DNA of 64,000 nucleotides from a bacterium UBP8_UBA817 (GTDB lineage Bacteria; Margulisbacteria; Marinamargulisbacteria; CAMDBA01): NCBI GenBank assembly GCA_945888995.1, contig CAMDBA010000003.1, positions 279 to 64,278 of the forward strand, read 5' to 3'. Shown piece by piece: positions 57,425 to 64,000 of this stretch (position 1 is its first letter; each line of letters starts with the position of its first letter). The notes under the pieces were generated by a model. It saw only the letters and a program-made list of their open reading frames with translations, ran no database searches and was not told where the DNA came from. The position numbers and the translations under genes were made by a program.

Positions 57425-58670
57425 TCACCGCCTGATAATAATGACCGACTATCAGGTTATCCGCCGCTTCCAGTAAAATCCGTCCGTCAACATCCGGCGC
57501 TTCACGAAAAGAGCGGGCAAGACCATCCCCTTCATACAACACTTCAACCGCTGTTCCGACAAGCGCAGCCGATGTGCGTTGAACGATTTTATATTGAGCA
57601 TCCATAACACGCTTAATACGGCTTTGAATTTCAGGCATTTCAACTTTTGCTTCAAGCCGGGCAGACCGGGTTTCTTTTTCTTCGGAATAGGCAAAACAAC
57701 CTAATTGCGTAAACGGAAATTCTTCCATAAAAGATAATAATTCTTCCACATGCGCTTCCGTTTCACCCGGAAAGCCTAAAATCAATGAAGTTCGCAAAAC
57801 CATATCCGGCATCGCAGCTTTAAGAGAATTCAAACAATCACGAAGATACTCATTCGTATAGCGGCGGTTCATCGATAATAACAAATCGGAATTCACATGC
57901 TGAATCGGCATATCCAGATACCGGCAAATATTCGGCCGTGATTTGAGCACTTGAATCAACTCATCGTTTACCCGAGGCGGGAACACATACATGACCCGAA
58001 TCCACTTAACCGGCAAGTCCGCCAAGGCATCAAGCAGAATAGGTAACGACGGCTTTCCATATAAATCTTCTCCCCAACACGTCGTATCCTCAGCAATCAA
58101 AATAAGCTCAGTCACCCCAAAAGATAATTGAAGTTTGGCTTCCGCGATAACGACATCTAACGGTTTGCTAGTATGTACGCCGCGGATTTTCGGAATGGTG
58201 CAAAATGAGCACCAGTTATCGCAACCTTCGGAAATTTTGAGATACGCATAATGCGACGGTGTCAGCTTCGTGTAACGAACCGGCTTCGACGGCATATATT
58301 TCTTCCGGAAAACCAATTGGGACAATTCCTGTTTAATTCGGTCTTCCTCACGGGTAGTTAGCCATAAATCGACATCAGGGAAGCGTTCTTGCAGCTCTTC
58401 TTTTTTGTAGCGGCTCGGATAGCATCCTGTCACCACCACGTACTTGAGCTCACCCGCTTCTTTTCTAGCAACCAAATGCCGGATATTATCTTCCGTTTCG
58501 GCAACAGCTGCACTAATAAACGAACATGTATTGAGCAGGGTAATTTTTTCACCGGTGCCTTCGGCTACCAGCTTGAATCCGATTTTTTGTAGATCCTGCA
58601 CCATTTTTTCAGAATCCACCAGACTCCTAGCACAGCCTAATGATACAAGACTAAATTCCGGCTTTAACAT
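57375..58670 (-). CDS. rimO: Ribosomal protein S12 methylthiotransferase RimO (MiaB-family radical SAM)
   Basis: N-terminal SLGCARSLVDSE, radical-SAM CDNWCSFC, and a C-terminal TRAM-like domain. Confidence 0.85.
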   Translation of the reverse strand: MLKPEFSLVSLGCARSLVDSEKMVQDLQKIGFKLVAEGTGEKITLLNTCSFISAAVAETEDNIRHLVARKEAGELKYVVVTGCYPSRYKKEELQERFPDVDLWLTTREEDRIKQELSQLVFRKKYMPSKPVRYTKLTPSHYAYLKISEGCDNWCSFCTIPKIRGVHTSKPLDVVIAEAKLQLSFGVTELILIAEDTTCWGEDLYGKPSLPILLDALADLPVKWIRVMYVFPPRVNDELIQVLKSRPNICRYLDMPIQHVNSDLLLSMNRRYTNEYLRDCLNSLKAAMPDMVLRTSLILGFPGETEAHVEELLSFMEEFPFTQLGCFAYSEEKETRSARLEAKVEMPEIQSRIKRVMDAQYKIVQRTSAALVGTAVEVLYEGDGLARSFREAPDVDGRILLEAADNLIVGHYYQAVITGVKGYDLEARLVAS

Positions 58671-58685
58671 TTCTTGATTCCTAAC

Positions 58686-59585
58686 TTAAGACGATTCTTT
58701 AAGAATCGTCGCTTTCTTTTGTAATAGATGTTGGCTGACGATTTTGACTTTAGATAAAAACCATTTCAGCATCGAGAGATTAAACGGCCCTTGATTGAAT
58801 GTCGCCTCTCCGTCTTCCAATGAAATCTCACATTTATTTTTAGCCACCTGGCTCTTTTCCATAAACGTGACTTTTTGCGGACTGATCAATAAGACATAAG
58901 ACGAAGCCTGACGATCTTTTGAAACCCCTACATTTGTGATCAGAATTTTTTTATAATTTTCCGACAACATTCCTAAAAACCATTCTTTGACCTGATTCAT
59001 TTCAGTCGCCAAGTTTTCTACCTTCACACTGGATGCCGGGGCATCGGCCGATATCGGCGCCATGAGTTTTGAAAACCGGGAAAGGTCAGAAACCAATTGA
59101 GAACGAAGCTCATCCGTTAAATGAAGTTCTTTGAATCCCGTTTTAGAAAATCCCAGCTCCCGCTTCAAAAGGTCCAAAACTTGAGCAGGGACCGAAGGTC
59201 CCGCTTCAGACAAGGCCAACATCACCGGGGAGTGCTTCAAAACATATCCGCCGATCAGACGTAAGCGATCACTGAATGCTTTGAACTCATCCACTCCGGC
59301 GCGGCGTTGGTTATACGTTAAAAAAGACGTATCAAAAGCAAAACGGAACTCCCGTTTTTTGGCATCTTTTTTCTCTCTCAAAATAATGACCGGCTCACCC
59401 AGCTCAATATAAAAAATAACCGATTGCTGCGCATTGATATTGGTCACCAAGACGCTTTCACCGGTTTTGTCCAAAACCTCTAAAAACAGGTTTTTAATGC
59501 CCGACAAATTCGGCAGTTCCGGGGTAGCGGACTTAAGTTTATAAGTCTCGGACGAAATAAGGGAGTTAATATTAATCGATTGCAT
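58686..59585 (-). CDS. Hypothetical protein (299 aa) with an internal duplication, upstream of rimO
   Basis: No family recognised. The N- and C-terminal halves align weakly (see findings). Confidence 0.65.
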   Translation of the reverse strand: MQSININSLISSETYKLKSATPELPNLSGIKNLFLEVLDKTGESVLVTNINAQQSVIFYIELGEPVIILREKKDAKKREFRFAFDTSFLTYNQRRAGVDEFKAFSDRLRLIGGYVLKHSPVMLALSEAGPSVPAQVLDLLKRELGFSKTGFKELHLTDELRSQLVSDLSRFSKLMAPISADAPASSVKVENLATEMNQVKEWFLGMLSENYKKILITNVGVSKDRQASSYVLLISPQKVTFMEKSQVAKNKCEISLEDGEATFNQGPFNLSMLKWFLSKVKIVSQHLLQKKATILKESS

Positions 59586-59767
59586 AACTACCTAACTTTA
59601 CGAAGTGATCATCGTGGGCGCATGACCAATAAGAATATATTCATTATTAAAGCAAGTAGACCCATTCTATGCAAATACTATCTTGGCCGATTCCCCTTTA
59701 TAAATTAGAGTCCGTAATGTATTATTTGTGTAATTTCGAAAGCCCATTTTAACGAAGAAAGTGACTT

Positions 59768-60895
59768 ATGAGCGAACAAAATAATCACGCTTCATCTCTG
59801 CAACAGGCCTATCTTTCATTGATTCCGCTTCGCCATGAATACCCTCATGTTAAAAGCTATGCCCATGTAAGTCCCTCGATTCAGACCGGACGTTATTTTT
59901 TCGAGACATTCCCTCATGGATCTAAAACGTTGATTGTCAGCGGAACGCTCTGCAAAGAAGGCATTTTCTCCGTTATTTTGACCGCCAAAATCTTGGCCGC
60001 AATCAAAGCAGTGCTCCCCTACAATAACGATCCCTCCGAGCTCGCTGAAATCCTCCACCAAGAAATTGCATATAGTAATCCTCAAAACATCGCCGTCTCC
60101 CTATTTTTAGGTCTCATTGACCATGAGCTAGGTGAAATGACCTACACAATCGCAGGCGAATTTAACGCAATGACCGTGTCCTCATCATCTAAAACCGTCT
60201 CACTTCTTCCGCAGACAGGCGCACCTCCAATCGGCGGAATCTTATCCGATGTTGCTATTGCACAAACCCACTTATTATCGTCTCATGATCTGTTAATTTT
60301 GATCGCAACCCCGTTATCCGGCGTGGCAATTACCGCATTGATCAGTGCGCTGGCCAACCAAACACCTGATCAAGAGCAGGTAGAAGCCATTTTAAAAGAC
60401 ACACTGTCGTCCGTTCAGTCCGACCTCGCCTTTTCTCTGAACCGATGGATTCCCCCTCAGCCCATTATTATCTCAAACCAGCTTAAAGTTCATTTCCAAA
60501 ATGAACTGGCCGAAATTAACAAACTTCACAAAGTGGTGGAATTATTCGCTAAAGCCAATCATTTATCGAAAAAGATTCAATTAGACACAAACCTGATTTT
60601 AGAGGAACTACTGACCAATACGATTTCCTATGGGTACCAGGACCACGCCAATCACGCTATCTATGTCGAATTCAAACTCGAAAACGGGATTTTAAGTATC
60701 CAAACCGAAGACGACGGCGTGTCATTCAATCCATTAAACGCACCTGAATTAGATCTGGAAGACAGTCTGGAAGACCGCTCGATCGGCGGACTCGGTATTC
60801 ACTTCGTTCGCGCACTGACCCAATCATTAAATTATGAACGCAAAGATAATTTAAACGTTCTGCATATGACCATCCAATGTGAAAGTGCTGAGTAG
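59768..60895 (+). CDS. Fusion of a degenerate SpoIIE/PP2C-like domain and an RsbW/SpoIIAB-type HATPase_c kinase domain
   Basis: C-terminal N-box EELLTNTISYG, then DDGVSFNP and GGLGIHFVRAL. The N-terminal ~230 aa are collinear with SpoIIE-family phosphatases but lack the metal-binding Asp residues. Confidence 0.7.
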   Translation: MSEQNNHASSLQQAYLSLIPLRHEYPHVKSYAHVSPSIQTGRYFFETFPHGSKTLIVSGTLCKEGIFSVILTAKILAAIKAVLPYNNDPSELAEILHQEIAYSNPQNIAVSLFLGLIDHELGEMTYTIAGEFNAMTVSSSSKTVSLLPQTGAPPIGGILSDVAIAQTHLLSSHDLLILIATPLSGVAITALISALANQTPDQEQVEAILKDTLSSVQSDLAFSLNRWIPPQPIIISNQLKVHFQNELAEINKLHKVVELFAKANHLSKKIQLDTNLILEELLTNTISYGYQDHANHAIYVEFKLENGILSIQTEDDGVSFNPLNAPELDLEDSLEDRSIGGLGIHFVRALTQSLNYERKDNLNVLHMTIQCESAE

Positions 60896-60902
60896 CCCCT
60901 TA

Positions 60903-62411
60903 ATGCACGCAGCGCTTTTACCCCTTATCAAAGAATTGACGACCATTACCGAGCTAGGCAGTATCCATTCGGTCTTAAGCTGGGATCAAGAAACCTACAT
61001 GCCTCAAGGCGCAATCGAGTCGCGAGCCGCCGCCCTATCATTGATCGCCGGACTCTGCCATGACCGGCATACCAGCCAAACCTTTACCGATTTATTAAAA
61101 ACCGTTGTTGACATCCAAACAGGTCAGCCGTTTCTGGCCGATCTGAGCCCCCAGGAACATCGAATGTTACAAGAAATTCATCGTGACTGGCGGATGGCCA
61201 ATACGCTTCCAACAGACTTCGTCACCCGTTATTCTTCATTGCAGTCGCAGTCCCAATATCATTGGCAAAAAGCCCGGCAGGCCAATGATTTCTCTATTTT
61301 CGCACCGTATTTAGACAAGGTCATCGCCATGACCCGCCAAAAAGCAGATTATTTCGGCTGGCAATACACCCCGTACAACGCACTTCTGGATGAATATGAA
61401 CCCGGCGCAACAACGACTGCATTAACACCGTTATTTACCCGTCTCAAAGAAGCCATTATTCCACTCTTACATACCATCCAAAAAAAAGACGCCTTTTCCG
61501 CCTTACCCAAAGGCCCTTACGATAAGGCCATCCAATTGAAATTCTCTCATTTCCTGTTGCGTGAAATGGGGTTTGAATTTGACCATGGTAGACTCGATAT
61601 TTCCACCCATCCGTTTACCACGCAATTTCATCCGACCGATGTTCGAATCACGACCCGCTTTAATGAATCGGATGTCATGGAAGGCATTTCCGGCACCCTA
61701 CACGAAGGTGGACATGCCTTATATGAGCAAGGGCTGGATCCCGCACGGTTCGGCACTCCGTTAGGCGCCGCCGTATCACTAGGTATTCACGAAAGTCAGT
61801 CGCGTCTCTGGGAAAATTTCATAGGAAAAAGCCCCGCATTCTGGCAACATTATTTACCACAACTGCAATCAGCCTTTCCGCCTCTAGCCAACGTCCCATT
61901 CGCTGATTTTTACCAGGCCATTAACCAAGTCAAACCATCGTTTATTCGGGTTGAATCAGATGAACTCACCTACAATCTTCATATCTTGATTCGATATGAA
62001 ATCGAACAACTGATTTTCCAAGACCAAATCCCAGTTCAAGAACTCCCTGAACTCTGGAACCAAAAATACGAAGAATACCTGGGAATCACCCCGCCGGACG
62101 ACGCGCATGGCATTCTACAAGACGTCCATTGGTCCATGGGCGCATTCGGATATTTCCCGACTTATACATTAGGGAATTTCTATGCGGCTCAACTATGGGA
62201 AACCCTCCTATCGGCATTTCCGGCCCTCGAACAAAACATCCAGAACGGAGACCTCATCCAAGTTCGCGGCTGGCTCAAAACCCATATTCATCGGCTGGGA
62301 AAAGAAAAACCGGCTGAAACCTTAATGGCGGAACTAACCGGGCAGCCCCTCTCTGAAAAAGCCTTTGTCTCTTACATTACTAAAAAATACAATCAAATTT
62401 ACGGTTTATAG
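60903..62411 (+). CDS. M32 carboxypeptidase (Taq-type metallocarboxypeptidase)
   Basis: HEGGHALYEQG (HExxH), GIHESQSRLWEN and IRVESDELTYNLHI motifs. The start is either ATG 60903 or GTG 60879. Confidence 0.9.
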   Translation: MHAALLPLIKELTTITELGSIHSVLSWDQETYMPQGAIESRAAALSLIAGLCHDRHTSQTFTDLLKTVVDIQTGQPFLADLSPQEHRMLQEIHRDWRMANTLPTDFVTRYSSLQSQSQYHWQKARQANDFSIFAPYLDKVIAMTRQKADYFGWQYTPYNALLDEYEPGATTTALTPLFTRLKEAIIPLLHTIQKKDAFSALPKGPYDKAIQLKFSHFLLREMGFEFDHGRLDISTHPFTTQFHPTDVRITTRFNESDVMEGISGTLHEGGHALYEQGLDPARFGTPLGAAVSLGIHESQSRLWENFIGKSPAFWQHYLPQLQSAFPPLANVPFADFYQAINQVKPSFIRVESDELTYNLHILIRYEIEQLIFQDQIPVQELPELWNQKYEEYLGITPPDDAHGILQDVHWSMGAFGYFPTYTLGNFYAAQLWETLLSAFPALEQNIQNGDLIQVRGWLKTHIHRLGKEKPAETLMAELTGQPLSEKAFVSYITKKYNQIYGL

Positions 62412-62412
62412 T

Positions 62413-63048
62413 ATGCAGTATCTTCTCTATATGGAATTAGCAGTCAATTGTCTCCTCGCCTTGTTTTTAGGCGCAATTTTAGGGTTCGACCTGGACGCCA
62501 AACAACGCCCGGTAGGCATGAAAGCCATGGCATTGTTTTGTTTAGGCGCGTCTATCTTAACATTCGTCTCACTTAAACTAGCGCCGCATGTCCCGACAGG
62601 TCCGGTGATCGCCTACATCATATTAGGAATGAGCGTCATCGGAGCAGCTGTGGTCATTAAAACCCCTCATTTACTTCAGGGTCTCTCCAAAGCCGCCTGG
62701 TTATGGATCAGCGGATTAATCGGCATTCTGATTGGGTGCGGACTCCCCATCGCGGCTCTGGCCGGCACATGCTTTGCGCTCTTTGCGATGATCGTCGCAA
62801 TGGCGTCGCTCAGATATGAGCAACCCACTCTCCAACACGCCCTTCACATCGAGGTCTTGAAACTGTCGACATTAGAAAAAATCGAAGCCCTCCTCCAGAA
62901 ACTCGACCTTCAAATTGACAAAAAATCGATTGTGAAAGGCGACCACATCTATCTCGAACTGGCTTACACGACCACGCCTTCTACTCAATATTTGCTGACC
63001 AAGCGACTGCATCGGCTCAAAGGTCTCGGCGAGATTCTGAAATTATAG
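62413..63048 (+). CDS. mgtC: MgtC/SapB family membrane protein
   Basis: N-terminal multi-TM MgtC-like domain and a soluble C-terminal domain. The start is set to ATG 62413, just after the carboxypeptidase stop. Confidence 0.75.
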   Translation: MQYLLYMELAVNCLLALFLGAILGFDLDAKQRPVGMKAMALFCLGASILTFVSLKLAPHVPTGPVIAYIILGMSVIGAAVVIKTPHLLQGLSKAAWLWISGLIGILIGCGLPIAALAGTCFALFAMIVAMASLRYEQPTLQHALHIEVLKLSTLEKIEALLQKLDLQIDKKSIVKGDHIYLELAYTTTPSTQYLLTKRLHRLKGLGEILKL

Positions 63049-63050
63049 CC

Positions 63051-64000
63051 ATGACGGCCCCGATTATTGGAGTAAGCCTCGGTGAACCAGGCGGTATCGG
63101 GTCTGAAATTGTGCTTAAACATCTAGTGCATGACTGGAAAAAAGCACCGGCATATTTCCCCGTCATCTTTGGAACCCAGGAGATATTAAAACATCCGGCG
63201 CTACAGACTCTCGTCGCTGAATTAGGCCCGATTCTTCCGTTTGAAAATGAGCCTCAGCCGCAAACCGTTTATCTGGTCGATACTGGAAATTTATCCACAG
63301 CATTTACCATCGGCAAACCCGACGCCGCCAATGGCGCATGGGTCGACCACACACTTCGCATGGCCGCAAGATACGCAATGGAAGGCCGGATTAACGGACT
63401 TGTCACAGCCCCCATTTGCAAAGAATCACTTCAATTAGCCCAAGTGCCCTACACCGGACACACCACGCTACTCCAAGCTGCCACCGGATCATCAGATGTC
63501 AGCATGGCATTCTACACGCCGAAACTCAAAACTATTCTGACCACGATTCATACACCGCTCCGGACGGTGCCTTCTTTACTAACCAAGGAAAATCTCACCC
63601 GGGTGTCACACCATGCAATAGCCTTTGCCCACATGCTTGGCCTAAAAAATCCCCGAATTGCCATGGCCGGCCTCAATCCGCATGCCGGTGAAAACGGTCT
63701 ATTAGGATCCGAAGAAAAAGACATCCTCACACCGTTCACAGCCGTATTCGAACAAGACGGCATTCGCATTTCCGGCCCATTTCCTCCTGACACACTTTAT
63801 TATCGCGCCGCTCAAGGAGAATTTGACATCGTTATATCGCTCTACCATGACCAAGGCCTTATTCCCATCAAGCTCATCGGATTCGAAACCGCTGTTAATC
63901 TCACGATCGGCTTACCGTTCATCCGCACCTCTCCCGACCACGGCACCGCTTTTGACATCGCCTACCAAAATAAAGCCTCTCACCACTCCTTCAGCGCCGC
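63051..64000 (+). CDS. pdxA: 4-hydroxythreonine-4-phosphate dehydrogenase PdxA, 3'-truncated by the window edge (absent from the ORF track)
   Basis: My translation from ATG 63051 is open to nt 64000: MTAPIIGVSLGEPGGIGSEI...TAPICKES...YTGHTTLL...AGLNPHAGENGLLGSEE...SLYHDQGLIPIK...IRTSPDHGTAFDIA. All are PdxA hallmarks. Confidence 0.9.
   Translation, partial: MTAPIIGVSLGEPGGIGSEIVLKHLVHDWKKAPAYFPVIFGTQEILKHPALQTLVAELGPILPFENEPQPQTVYLVDTGNLSTAFTIGKPDAANGAWVDHTLRMAARYAMEGRINGLVTAPICKESLQLAQVPYTGHTTLLQAATGSSDVSMAFYTPKLKTILTTIHTPLRTVPSLLTKENLTRVSHHAIAFAHMLGLKNPRIAMAGLNPHAGENGLLGSEEKDILTPFTAVFEQDGIRISGPFPPDTLYYRAAQGEFDIVISLYHDQGLIPIKLIGFETAVNLTIGLPFIRTSPDHGTAFDIAYQNKASHHSFSA

Noticed and set aside
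1-64000. CRISPR arrays, tRNA, rRNA or tmRNA genes, prophage or defence islands
   Set aside because: I saw no regularly spaced direct repeats. No spacer longer than 100 nt contains T-loop (GGTTCGAATCC-like) motifs. I recognised no integrase, phage structural gene, or restriction, toxin-antitoxin or Cas-like gene. The inspection was manual, so short or degenerate elements could have been missed.

Overview
This is a dense, mostly housekeeping chromosomal segment with about 65 protein-coding genes. By eye I found no rRNA, tRNA or CRISPR array. The source looks like an uncultivated diderm bacterium. Outer-membrane functions (LptF/G, an LptD-like protein, Lnt, ExbB-ExbD-TonB, a T9SS-type sorting domain) sit alongside SepF/YlmE, an SLH-domain protein and the remnant of a ycf45/SpoIIIAA-like gene. 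The left edge is an IS256-family element next to a decaying Cu/Zn superoxide dismutase remnant. The right edge cuts pdxA, which is missing from the ORF track because it has no stop codon in the window. Recognised core genes: phosphohexomutase, sepF, yggS, a clpX-like ATPase, asd, dapB, tmk, hup, recR, ybaB, dnaX, rfbD, rpiB, citrate synthase, pyrB plus a degenerate pyrC-like gene, leuS, comM, maf, mreB, pheST, mutS, rfbC, apbE, rlmN, holB, rpsU, rimO, an M32 carboxypeptidase and mgtC. Three things stand out. (i) A three-gene cassette lies between mreB and pheS: a 102-aa acidic protein with sharply deviant codon usage, then two tandem paralogous ~560-aa HELGHG proteins, with an 11-bp inverted repeat covering the downstream RBS. 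(ii) A ~105-nt structured repeat occurs twice (18953-19057 and 41138-41245), and its four helices are kept by compensatory substitutions. (iii) Several genes are degenerate or carry dead domains: the pyrC-like gene, a pseudo-PP2C/kinase fusion, an R3H gene lacking its ATPase core, and the sodC remnant. The functions of (i) and (ii) are unknown, and every functional statement about them is inference. No numbers were computed beyond hand counts stated explicitly.
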